From the NCBI RefSeq assembly GCF_000711695.1, contig NW_013547018.1, positions 310,001 to 374,000 on the forward strand: a stretch of 64,000 bases of DNA, read 5' to 3'. The notes below the pieces were generated by a model. That model was not told the DNA's origin and did no database searches. It worked only from the letters and a program-made list of their open reading frames with translations. The position numbers and the translations under genes were made by a program. Numbering within the stretch: the first letter of the stretch is position 1; each line of letters begins with the position of its first letter. Origin of the DNA: Tilletiaria anomala UBC 951 (lineage: Eukaryota). Below, in pieces: positions 1-12,529 of the stretch.

Positions 1-339
1 CCACTGCACAGAAGATATGTAGAGCAAGACTATTTTGGCTGGAGAGACGATCAGCAGCAGGGCGCAAGCCTGGAGCAAGCGAAGTGGAAAAAGTTCTTTC
101 CGCTCCGCTGGCCGTCACACTTTTTTTGTGAGAAGAGGGAGATGGTCACACATACGTCTTTCAAGATTAGGTGCGAAGTTTATATTACGACCATCCGTGC
201 GTCCTTCCTGTTCCATCGCCTCCACGCATCTGTCTCTTCCTCTTTCACAGGGCAGACGGGTTGACATTTCAGCAGCAAACGACACCGCACATCCAAAAGA
301 GACACCCATTTTACCGTCACCTGAACGCATATATGCACC

Positions 340-1326
340 ATGGCGGTCCGTTGCCAATTCGAAAACTCATCCGAGATCGGCGTGTTTGCACGCCTCACCA
401 ATTCTTATTGCCTCGTCGCCATCGGAGGCTCTGCCAACTTTTACGGCACATTCGACGCAGAGCTTGGAGACCTCATTCCGGTAGTACATTGCTCGATCGC
501 TGGAACGCGATTAGTCGGAAGGCTCACAGTTGGCAACCGGCATGGGCTGCTCGTACCCAGCACGACGACTGATCAAGAGCTGCAACATTTGCGAAATAGT
601 CTGCCGGACAGCATTGCGATACAGAGAGTGGAGGAGCGACTGAGTGCGCTCGGAAATGTAATTGCTTGCAATGGTGGGTGTGCAAAGTCCACCTGCTGGA
701 CTTATCTCCTCTGTGGTCAGAAGCTATGGCTAATTCTAGCAAGTATCAATCCCCAGATTACGTTGCAGTCGTCCATCCAGACCTTGATCGGGAAACGGAA
801 GAGATTATCGCAGACGTGCTGAAGGTCGAAGTATTCAGGCAAACAGTAGGGTGAGCACACATTGCTTTCTAAATCATCGAAAGACCCACGCTGACAGCCC
901 CTTCACCTGCCTGTATTCTCAGCGACAACGTGCTGGTTGGGTCGTACGCAGCCATCACCAATCAAGGCGCGCTGGTACACCCACGAACCTCGATTCAGGA
1001 TCAAGATGAGCTCTCCTCATTATTGCAAGTCCCGCTCGTCGCAGGGACAGTGAACCGCGGTAGCGATCTTGTCGGCGCAGGGTTACTCGTGAATGACTGG
1101 GCAGCGTTCTGCGGGTTTGACAGTGAGTCTGATGCAACATCCGGAGAGTTTTCAAGTGGAGAGAGGTCGTCTGAGGGTGCTCACACAACCCTCCTTGCGA
1201 TCCCCTTCTCTATCAGCGACTGCAACTGAGATCTCAGTGATTGAGGCGACGTTCAAGCTCTCAGGGCAAGAGAGCGGGCGCGTCGTCAACGAGCTTCGCG
1301 ATGCTCTGGTCGACACCTATGCATAG
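340..1326 (+). CDS. TIF6: Translation initiation factor eIF6, 4 exons (340-673, 757-850, 923-1122, 1217-1326)
   Basis: [16 protein letters not shown]...[35 protein letters not shown]...VAGTVNRGS...VNDWAAFCG matches eIF6; three GT..AG introns restore one frame. Confidence 0.96.
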
Positions 1327-2441
1327 AGAATTGTTATTGTACTGACACTACACAAGTGCATCTCATTTCCTTGCAATGCCTGCCAAGTGAAGAATAAAAG
1401 AACTTGGGCCATGGGTCTGTTTCAAGTGCGAAGCATTCGCAGGTTGAAGTGCAGCTGGTCAAACCCCGGCCCACAAGGTGCCTGTGCTAGTGACACCCGA
1501 TGATGTTGCATTCGTGGCACCCAGTCCTGGCACTACACATGCGCGCTCGCTACCGCCTCTCGCCTTGACTATCCCCACCAGTCCCATTTGGGCATCTTCA
1601 TTGGCATGTTTTCGAGCCCACTGGCTCTGGTCGTGCTTTTACACTTTCACTGTTAAAAAGTATAAATATAGATGCCACTTCGCTGTGCACCGAGGGCCGG
1701 TGGTCGAAATGTGGGCGCTGTCAAAGGGATGCCTTTCTGCCGAATCTGCAGGCACATCGAATACTCGCAAACCAGCTTCAAAGCGAGAAGGCCGAGCAGA
1801 CGAGCGCATAGCTCGATCAAACGAGTCGAAAAGCTCAACCCATCGACGCCACCGGAAGTGGAACTCTTCTCCGCATCCCATCTGCTCCACCTGTCCCAGT
1901 ATGCCGCCAAGGATACCACCGAATGTCTGGGTCGGAGTCCACCGTACACCCGCGCGGCCATCCTCTGTTGTTATGGCGTGTAAGGGCTAGTTACAAAGCA
2001 CGGGAGACTGCTTTCGACTGGGGCCCGTCGCCGCGGCAACATCTGAAGGAAGTGTGCTGGATCACCGTTGGAAATGGCGAAGGCTTCTCATCCTCGCAAC
2101 GCTTGTGAGCTGCGCCAGGGTATGTTCCAACTCAACGGCGCCGCACCACGAACAAAAGCTTGCGTGCCTGGATCAGATAGACCGTGAAACGGGGTTGCTG
2201 CTGAACGCGTCCTTGTACAGCTTTTCTGACGTGTGACCTGTGAGCACTAGAACGTATGCACATGGGTTTGGCGATTAAACCAAGACAGCCTCCTCGTGGA
2301 TGCAATCGGTTTGCAGTTCAGTCGCAAGTTACTTTCACTGGTCTACTGCATGATCATTCATGTGTGGAAATCTAGATACGTTCTCGCAATGCATTACAGT
2401 CGAGCAAGTGGAATGTTACAGCTGCTTTCGATGTGAACCGC

Positions 2442-4512
2442 TTAGTCGACCTCCTCGACTGATGGGCCATCGTCGCCGCCAGCACCAGCTCCTGGGGCAC
2501 CGCCAGCGCCTGGGAAGCCGCCTGGACCGCCGGGAGCACCGCCAGCCGCTGCGTATGCCTTTTGCATGATCGGATTGCTCACTTGTTCCAGCTCGCGTTG
2601 GTGCTCTTCGTACTCTTCCTTGCTGGCCTCTTGAGAAGCGTCCAACCATGAAACGGTGTCGTCGATTGCCTTGTTAAGCTTCTCCTTGTCGGCAGCGTCC
2701 AGCTTCGAAGAGAACTGCTCGTCGTTGAGGCTGTTGCGCAGGTTGTAAGCGTACGACTCGAGGCCGTTCTTCGCGCTGATACGAGCGGTCGCTGCCTCGT
2801 CCTCTGCCTTGTACTTCTCGGCTTCGCTGACCATGCGCTCGATGTCTTCTTTAGAGAGCCTTCCCTTGTCGTTCGTGATTTTGATGGATTGGCTCTTTCC
2901 TGTAGTCTTGTCAGCGGCGGAAACGTTGAGAATGGAGTTGGCATCAACGTCGAAGGTAACCTCGATCTGGGGGACACCACGAGGCGCAGGAGGAATGCCT
3001 GAGAGCTCAAACTTGCCGAGCAGGTTGTTGTCCTTGGTGCGTGCGCGCTCGCCCTCGTAGACCTGGATAAGCACACCCGGCTGGTTGTCCGCATAGGTGG
3101 AGAAAATCTCGCTCTTCTTGGTCGGCACAGTGGTGTTGCGCTTGATGAGCGGAGTGAAGACACCACCGGCAGTCTCGATACCCATGGAAAGAGGCGCGAC
3201 GTCAAGTAGCAGCAAGTCTTGCGTCTTCTCCGATGTGTCACCAGAAAGGATGGCAGCCTGGACGGCAGCACCGTACGCGACAGCCTCGTCCGGGTTAATC
3301 GACTTGTTGGGCTCGCGGCCGTTGAAAAAGTCGCGGAGCAGCTTCTGAACACGCGGGATACGGGTCGATCCACCGACGAGAACAATCTCGTGGACAGAGC
3401 CCTTGTCGATCTTCGAGTCGCGCAAGACCTTCTCGACTGGCTCGATGGTGTGCGAGAAGAGGTCACCGCAGAGCTCCTCAAATCGCGCACGGGTGATGGA
3501 GGTGTAGAAATCAATACCCTCGAAGAGCGAGTCGATCTCGATGGTGGTCTGTGCGGCCGATGAGAGAGTGCGCTTTGCACGCTCGCAGGCGGTACGGAGC
3601 CGGCGGAGAGCACGCGCGTTGGTAGTGAGGTCCTTCTTGTTCTTGCGCTTGAACTCCTGGACGAAGTGGTTGACGAGGCGGTTGTCAAAGTCCTCACCAC
3701 CCAAGTGAGTGTCACCGGCGGTGGCCTTGACCTCGAAGATGCCCTCCTCGATGGTCAAGAGCGAAACATCGAAGGTACCTCCACCAAGGTCAAAGATGAG
3801 GACGTTGCGCTCGCCTTCGGTCTTCTTGTCAAGACCGTAGGCAATAGCAGCAGCAGTTGGCTCGTTGATGATGCGCAGGACGTTGAGACCAGCAATGATA
3901 CCAGAATCCTTGGTGGCCTGGCGCTGCGAGTCGTTGAAGTAAGCGGGGACAGTGACGACGGCGTCCTTGACCGTGCCGCCAAGGTATGCCTCTGCGGTCT
4001 CGCGCATCTTAAGCAAGACCATTGATGAAATCTCCTCGGGAGTGAAGATCTTGTCCTCGCCCTTGTACTCGACCTTGATGTTCGGCTTGCCCTCCTTGGA
4101 AACGACAGTGAACGGCCAGTGCTTCATGTCGCTCTGCACCTCTTGGTCCTCGAACTTGCGCCCGATCAACCGCTTCGCATCGAAGACAGTGTTGTGCGGG
4201 TTCTACACAGAAGAAGTGTTAGAGCTTGGTGTGCTTGTGGGAATCTTTAGCCACGCAGCCACTCACCATTGCGACTTGGTTCTTGGCAGCGTCACCGATG
4301 AGACGCTCCGTGTCGGTGAAAGCGACATATGATGGCGTGGTGCGGTTGCCCTGGTCGTTGGCAATGACCTCGACACGGTCATTTTGCCAAACAGCAACAC
4401 ATGAGTATGTTGTACCCAGATCGATACCGACGGCCTGTCACAGCGAATCCACAAAGAATCGTCAGCATGTGCACCGGCACGACAACTTTACGAAGGGACG
4501 TACCTTGGTCAT
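2442..4512 (-). CDS. HSP70: Cytosolic Hsp70 (SSA type), 3 exons (4512-4504, 4434-4267, 4202-2442)
   Basis: [52 protein letters not shown]-terminal GPSVEEVD. Confidence 0.98.
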
Positions 4513-4881
4513 CTTGGCTGCTGCTTTGAAGTGTTGTTAGGGAGAGTGATGATCTGCAATGTCCTCGCGTGAAGTCGTGCTGGAGCAACAAAGACTTTTC
4601 GATGAGGTGATGGTTGCAAGCAGCAAAGGAAGGAACCGATGCAAGATGTTCTCAATATATCACATCAGCGCAGGCATCGGGTTGCAAGCGTGGCCCACTA
4701 CAGTTGGGCCTGGACAGTGTACAGCACGCGCCATGAGAAGAAACGACAGCGCGCAAAGAGAACCTTCGGTGTCATTCCTTCGACTTCTGTACATGAGCTG
4801 ATGCGCACTGCTCAATGGTTGACACGCCATCAGCATGGGCGTGCCAGCAATTCTGTCGCAAATATTTCAGTAATAGCACTG

Positions 4882-4973
4882 TGACGTCAGATTCCGTAAA
4901 TCTACGCAGAGCTGCTAGAAAGTCCCAGAAGGTGGAGGAAGAAGCCTCTCTCAAAAAGTAGAATCTGCTCGAA
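4882..4973. promoter_or_regulatory. Hsp70 upstream region: CRE/ATF palindrome and step-type heat-shock element
   Basis: TGACGTCA at 4882-4889; GAA at 4918, 4928, 4938 (10-bp period) and at 4961, 4971; about 400 bp upstream of the HSP70 ATG. Confidence 0.55.
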
Positions 4974-7266
4974 TCTTTGGGGCTCTCCGTTCCGACATCC
5001 GAAGCTCGACAATGTTGCTCCAAGTTCCCCTTTATTAGGCTGCTACAACGCAGTCTACTTCGTGACGTCTATATTTGCTGGGTTATCAAGCACTGATGTA
5101 ACTTGACGTAGGTGTGAGTGTTGGAAGCGTGATTTGTGCTTTCCGAAAGGGTCATCAACTACGCGTCCAAAGGCCTACCAGTCATCGATCTCAAAGGCTA
5201 CGAAAACATCTCTTCTTGACGTTGTTGCGGTCAGCAGGGTTTGTCGCAATCATTCTGTTGCGAGAGCTAGATGCAGCCGCTGCAGTGTTGCCGCTAGTTC
5301 GCCGACCATACGCCCCAAGGGGTCCGTCGAGCGGTCGATCCCTCCTTGAGTATTCCAATCTTCGTGTACGGACGATTAAGTAGGAATGGCGGGCTGCCGT
5401 CAGTTCTTCCTCCATGCGCGTGCAAACTCTGACCTCTTTGAGACGCCAGGGCTGGTGAAAGATCTATGAGAAGATTACAATTGGCAAAGCGGCCCGGCAT
5501 GAGGCGAGGTCGCGAGGAGGGATCTGGAAGGGTCCAGGCATTAAGGGAATGTCCACCAAGGACTGCCAAAGTTGACCTAACACAGGTCGACGCTGATTGA
5601 GACATATTCCCTCCCATTACCCAGGTCCTCCTTTGAACGTGGACATGCTTCTTGACCTGGCTGGTCTGGGGGCTTGTATACTGCTTGCACGTGATAGGGT
5701 GGCAGGTCCGAGGCGCGCCTGGCATTTGGAGAGCGCCGAGCCGTCTCACGCCTGCATGTGTGCATCCTGCATGAGGCATCCGCCTGTCTCTCGGTCAGTT
5801 TGTCTTCACTGTATGTGATTGAGTATGTCTTGCTTCTCAGGTCGGGACGTATTGTGTTGTATATGCAAATACTCATGGCTGTGCATCCTCTATGGCTCCA
5901 AGTAGTCAAGTTGCTATACAACGATATCGAGGACTAGATATTTAGAGAATCTGTGAGATGTAAGATCGAGATTTGTGATCTGAATAAGAAGTTCTGTGGA
6001 GAGGGCTGGGTTGAGATTCTGGAGATCTGCAAAAATATCCACGCCCCACGGACCACGGTGCACACCTGCAGGGCCTTGCCCAATTGCCCTCACTCTTAGG
6101 CAACGAGACTGGAAAGCCGAGTTCTCGAAAGTCGAAAGGCGCCAGAAGATGAGAAAAACAGGCCAGGTCCCCAGGGTACTTCGTACCGCGCGGGCACATG
6201 AACGCAGCGCGAATGTTTTCGTTTACCTGTCGTCTATAATGAACCGCCCTGAGAGATTGGGAAATCATTGGCTGCTTGCATAGCAAGCCACTGCCGAGGG
6301 CAGACAGAATAGAATGCAGCCTAAATCCCTGAAGCGGCTTTTACCCTGAGTTGGACAATCGCAGTTGGCCGATCATGCCTTGAGTTCACGGCGGTAACGC
6401 CCAGGTTTGCATTATCTTTGTAGCCCCTCAAATATGTTCGCCGGACGGGGCCCTAAAGAGTAAAGAGCGATGAGCGATGATGTCCTCCAAGTGTCTGAGG
6501 GCCTGCATCAATCGTGGAATCAAGACTCCCGCCTGCAAACGTTGCAATTCGCAGCTCGCAAAGTGATACATGCGTCCTGTGATGTGCAATGTGCTAGCAT
6601 GTGCCACGACAGGCTGCGGGCCTGCGGCTGGCTGCGACCTTTGGCCCTGCACATCTTGGAAGTCGGAACAATGTGATTATTGACTGATCAACTTGATAAG
6701 GCTTGGTCTATCCATCACGCTGTAACGCCCTGTGCCATGCAGGCTGCCCAGGACTGCCCCACACGAGAACCACTATTAATCTACACCCCAGAAGTGCGCG
6801 CCCGCCAGGAACGGGAGAGATCGCGCTTGGCGGGACCAATAGCAAGCGGCCAACAATCACATATTGAACCCTCTCTCTCCCCTCTCCTGTCGTTTCGTTC
6901 ATTGCGCCCTCGAGCCTTCGTCAGCACAGTGCACCACGCACCGAGAGCCTGCACATGCTCTCCTTGTTGCCGTAGCTGGCTACTGCCATCAATTGGACAA
7001 GAGCAAGCGGGTAAACTTCCTCTTTGTTTGCAACACGAACGATCTCGCAGCAAACTCGACGCAGCTGGCAGCCCCAGTTTGAAAGGGCCACTTTGGTCGC
7101 TGCTGCTTGGAGGTGACGAAAATCGGGGCGGGAACGCTCGTTGCGGTCAGACTGATCCATCGTGGTTGCTTTCAAGACCCACCCCTATGACCACCAACTC
7201 TTGCGAGCGACAGCTTGACGCAGCCGGCCGCCATCACCCCTGTCTCTCGTCAATGGACTCGCGGCG

Positions 7267-10200
7267 ATGCCAACACAAGGGCATCAACCAACCGCGGCAG
7301 ATGACCCTGCGAGCTCCGCGGCACAGGTACGCAAGCTCGCCCCCTCGTCGACGCCTGCAGTCCCATCAACCGCTCGCAATGCCCAAGGAGCGACCAAGCG
7401 CATCTGGGCGGCATGTGAGCCATGCCGGGGGAAGCGAGCCCGCTGCGATGGCAGTCTGCCTTGCTCTGGCTGCCTGCTGAGCGAGTCAAGCAAGCTTGGT
7501 CTGACGCTCGAGCAGTACCGAGGACAAACTGGCAGCGCGCTGGGGGAGCAGATCTTCCGCAACAGTGCCGCGAGGTGCCACTTTAACTGGAACAGGAAGA
7601 AGCGAGGCCCAAGATCAAAGACAGGAGCAGTGGATGGGTTGGGTGCAGCAACTGCGAGTGTGCAAACGTCCGACGAGCGCGGCGCTGCCGGGGCAGAAGG
7701 AAGACAGGCTGAAGCGACGGAAGCACAACCGATCAAGAAACACAAGACGAAAAGGAACCCATCCGGCCTGCAGATTGGCATGCCACGCTCGGCTCAGAGT
7801 GCTGGGTTCGCCTTTCTCGAAGCTAAGCGACAAGCATACGCGAGCGCCAGCAGCGCGACAAGCCTGCCGCGCTCTGCCTCCCTGTCTTCGAATGGGTGCG
7901 AGCCCAGCTGGTCGCCCGTGCTGGCTCAGATGCCCGCACTATACCACAGTGACAGCAGCTCTGAATTGACTCCGTCCAGCGAACACTCGATTGCACTCAT
8001 CACACCTCTTGACCACCCGTCTGCTCTCTCAGAGCCTTTGCTGGATGGTCTTGAGGCAAAGGGGCCTGCGCAGTGTGAGCACACGCGGTTGTATGCGCCA
8101 CCGGGGGCCGCGCTGCTCCCAAGGTGTGCGACAGACAGTGCGACCGCAAAGGCGACGCTCCTACCCGTGGCTGAGCAGCGAATGCCACCACCGCCACCTT
8201 GTCGGCCGATGTACCTGTTCGCTGGCAAGCAGGGTTCCGATTCGCCCGACAGCGCGCAATCGTCACCGGGCAGCGGGAATATTAGTGGCGCGTCGTCAGC
8301 TGCTTCTCGGAGCCGCAGCCACATACAGCTACCTTCCTTGCAAGAGCTCTCTCTTCGCTCAAACCCTGTCCTTGGGCTGCCCCCACGCTCGAACTGGTCA
8401 CAGCCATATGCAAATGGCAACCTTGACGGCATGGGATCTGGGGGGGTACCCACTACCTTTCCGCCACATGGCGGGGCACCGACCAAGCGCAAAGCCTCGC
8501 ATTCTCGGGCGCTCCTCGCCAAGCTTTCGCGCTTTTACGCGGAGGATGATTTGCCTTTCATTGCACTCTCCATGGCACAATTTGGCGGGATGGACGCCAT
8601 GTGCAAGCTCTTTCCGTCCAAATACCTCTTTGGTGACAATAAGAGCAGCAATCCGGCCGATGGTATCGCGAGCGTGCCTGATCACATCCAACTTGCGCTT
8701 CTCTCCCTATTGGCACATCGCTCCTTGCTGACCCCCGCCAGCTCCAGCTCGCGGGACTTGGACCTTGCGGCGGCTACGTCTGCATCTACCTTATCGGATA
8801 CTTCATGCACCACCTCTACAGGGCTGCCTATTACTTTGCCCTTGCCGCCCTTGATCGGCTACGAGGGCGTAGACCTGGTAGGGAAATCGCGGGACAGCAT
8901 GTTATCGTTCGCAAGGCGTTCATACGAACACGCTGCCAAGCTCCGTGATGCAGAGCTTCGACGCGGCGTCATCGACGCGCGCATCTTGATTACCGGGTGG
9001 GCGCTCGACCTTGCCATGTCCGAAGACGGCGCGGGGACTGCGACTATGACTGCATCCAAGGTGGACCTCGTTCGGATCGTCCTGGCTTGGAAGCTGCACC
9101 TGATGGACGCGCCACCCGACGCGGCCTCGCCGCTGATCCCAGAAGCGCTCACCCCAACCAAAGAATCACCGTGCGCTTTGGGTGATGGACGATTCTCTGT
9201 CAACGATGCGGTGGAGAAGGAGTCCATCCGCAGGATTGTTCATGTCATGTGAGTAGCGTCAGTGAGGGACATAGCATGCACATTTCCTGACCTGCGGCAC
9301 TGCAGCTCCGCTTCTTTCGTCTGGACGAGCACGATCGACTGCTCGGCGCCTGCTTTCGACATGTGCTGCATGCAGGTGCAGTTTGCTGCCGACGACGATA
9401 TGATTCACGCAGACTCGGCGTGGCAGCCCGAGCGGCGCAGCCGCGGAGAGAGCTTGCTGCGGAGCACGCAGTATGCGTACAATCTCTTCTTCCGAGTGAC
9501 AAGGATGCTGCACACTCCATTGGATGACCTCGTTAACGGCAGGGGGCCAGAGACGGACATTCAAGGCGCAGTGGACGAGATTGAAGATGGCATTGCTTGG
9601 GTCAAGCGACACGCCCAAGAGCTGCACGTTGGCAGTGAGTGTGTCAGCCAGGTTTACGCTTACATGAGACCTGATTTTGTTTCCTCCATGCGCAGACCTC
9701 CACGACACGTTGCGGGTGACGCTGTTCATGCACACGCGCATTGTGGAACTGAAGACGTACCGCCTGTTCAGTGTGCTTAGCTCGTACATGCAGATGTGCT
9801 TTGGATGTGATGCAAATCAAGACTTGGGTATCGGTGCGACGCTCCTGCAAGACAACAGCGACAAGCTGTCCTCGTTCAACAAGTTGTCCGGCGCGACGCA
9901 CCTGGGAACGCTGCCCAAGCGCCGCCAGTCTGACAGTCCGAATCCCACCGCACGGCTGCGCTTCAGCAATGACCCAAAAGTCGCGTGCTGCAGCCTGCTG
10001 TGGGAGGTGGAAGAAGTGGCGAACGTCATCATCGCAATGCTGCATTCCTCCGTGCCTCCCAACGCCAAGGAGGTCGGCACGGCGGCCGGCGTCACAATCG
10101 ATGCCAGCGTGCGGGCGGTGCGCTGGCCGCGGCACCTGCGCATCTTTGGGCAGCACGCGTTTGCGATGGCTGCCGAGGTCCATGCGCTCGGATCCAGTTG

Positions 10201-10441
10201 GTCGGAGCTAGTCAGCTCGCCGGATCCGCTAAGGCGCTCGCCAAGCAGCAGTGCGGACATCACCGAGTTCAACTTCAACGAGTTTATCGCCGGCTTCTGG
10301 CGCATCGGCTCAACGCTCATCACGTTGCTGCGAGCTCTGGAAAAGACGGGGAGTGCGCACGCCGCCCAGACCGCCGACAAGCTCGAGGAGTACCGGCAGG
10401 AACGAATCAAGTGGATGCTCTCCCAGGGCGGCTCTGCGTAG
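7267..10441 (+). CDS. Zn(II)2Cys6 transcription factor, exons 7267-9248, 9306-9634, 9696-10441
   Basis: ACEPCRGKRARCDGSLPCSGC...CHFNWNRKKRGPR; two gtgagt..cag introns join the ORF-track frames; EKESIRRI-type middle region. Confidence 0.85.
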
Positions 10442-12380
10442 TAGCGAAAGATTCCGCGCAGAAGGTACCGCGCACCTTTTTCATTTTACTTTTACGACCG
10501 ACAAAGTCATGGGGCCACAACATCTATTTAGGGAGATTACATTTGTACCATTCGCAAAGACGTGGCACCGCGCGCTGCATGCGATCCCACATTGGCATAT
10601 CTACCATTGTAAACAAGGTTCATCCTTGCAGATATATCTATTTGCAACAACAATCCGGTCGAGAACAGCTCGGTGCGAGCGCTTTTGAGCAGCAAAAGAA
10701 CCTGACTCCATCACTCGCTACAGGAGCGGACAAGATGAATGCGCCCTGCTCGAGAGAACTCCAGATTGCACAATGTGCAGCTGAGGGGAAGAGCGAGTGC
10801 AGCGTCGAAGCTGGGGAAACCATGCCGCGGTGCACACGTGACACGGAGTTTGCTGTTGCATTCTTTCGCACAGCTGCGACGATGATCCTTAGTGAGCAGG
10901 TCCGATGGTGGCTCCATCCATACATTGGTTTCTCTACGGAAGACAGGTGGCAGCGACCGAGCGAGTCGCGAGCGATCCGCGATCACGCGATCACGTAAGA
11001 CCATTGTTTGCCTTGCAACGTTGTAATAAGTATCGATTTTGAGACGCATGGATGTGTCGTGCCGCGGGTTAGGTGTGCTTGGGTATACCAAGGTCTGGAG
11101 AAAAGAGGGGCTCCTGGGTCTGACTCTGGCCACTATCCTGCACACCCTCGGCGAGCTTGCCGTTTTTACACGCATGATCATCCGATGGGAGTGTGAATCG
11201 GACTTTAAGCATGTCGCGACGAAAACAAGACGCACGAAGGACAAGTTGGGGGATGCCGAGATGAACGCGATGCTGCGAAAAGACTCGACAGTGTCCATGC
11301 AAACCTATTGCAGCTTACAAAGGACCAATCGTTCCAACATCCGACGCATGTCCGAGCAACTGGCGATTATGAATGGGCGAATGGTAGCCGCTACATAGGA
11401 GCCCGTTGCAAGAGGCAAGTGCTGGCGCCTCGCAACAGCCTGCTATTATGTGTATGGTGTGGCACATGTGTTGGCTAAGCAGCTGGAGTTGTGCTGCATG
11501 GACATCTCCTTGCAACCCAGCTGGGAACGTCTGTATAGGGGAGATATGTCACCGGGTTTGGATCGGCGCGCTTCGGAGCCTCGGTATAGCTCGGGTGCTG
11601 TTACCAAGTCTCGAGCACAAGTAAAACCCGGAAGCGCGAGGACGTCGCACAGCGAACGCCATCATCTGTTCTCCGCGTCCGATTGACTTGTGCTTCTTCA
11701 CATTGACTATTGACTGCAACATAGTGCACACCACTTCTACTTGTAACAGCCTCCACAGCCCATAGATCATATCGGTCTGCTGCCGAGCTCTGTGACGAGT
11801 TGTCGGCCGCCCAGATGTTAAAGACGTTGTTCATGGACCACGAAATTGACGATCACATCGCGTAGCCTGCAGCCTGATGCACACTCTCACAAACATGAAA
11901 CAAGGGGCACGGACCCCTGCTGGAGTCACTGCAGGCTGTCCATCTCATCCTGTAAGTACATGCAAGGTCCTATTATTATTATGTGGATTCGGAGAATTCG
12001 CAGAGGGCCGACGCCCGATCGCACCAGGAGAGCTTTGCCTCGTTAGGTTATGTGATAATATTCCCTGGGCCCCTTTTGTCACCATGACGCAGGGTTCCAA
12101 GCCCGCAGAGTAGAGAGAGCGAGACGGCAGATGAAGCGGACTGGAGATGACGCACTCACTTGCTTTCAATCCCTCGACCTGCGAGTTCTCCCTCCCAATC
12201 CAATCCTTGCTCTCGTCATGCTCCCTCTTGCCACATGCGTGCTCATCGCAGGCACCGATCAATAGCCGTTCGCCCCTTCCTCCATTTCCGCTTCTTTCCG
12301 CTCTACTACGGTTAAATTGACCTACGCGTGCTCGAGAGGATCTCTTACGTTGGCGGAGACGTGGAGATGTCCATCGTGTG

Positions 12381-12416
12381 TGCCGAGTGTATGCCGAGTG
12401 TATGCCGAGTGTATGC
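12381..12416. repeat. 11-bp tandem repeat (TGCCGAGTGTA x3)
   Basis: Read directly from the sequence. Confidence 0.9.
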
Positions 12417-12529
12417 GCTATGTAGTTCACTCCGCTTCGGCACTGTTGTAAAGCAGGTCCTCGAAAGGGATCGATTGCGCGAGGACCTGCCCTGCCAGAG
12501 ACCGCCTTACCTTGCTGGCGCCGATCATC

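Noticed and set aside
1478..2236. Overlapping short ORFs between TIF6 and HSP70
   Set aside because: No recognisable domain or coherent exon structure; a relic cannot be supported
5100..7200. Broken protein-like frames between HSP70 and the Zn2Cys6 gene
   Set aside because: Could be a decayed gene, but no family motif was identifiable
11601..11834. YDLW motif suggesting a GH15 glucoamylase relic
   Set aside because: A four-residue match with no supporting flanking motifs
12381..12416. Short direct repeats (and the tRNA pair) as a CRISPR-like array
   Set aside because: No spacers, eukaryotic context and no cas genes
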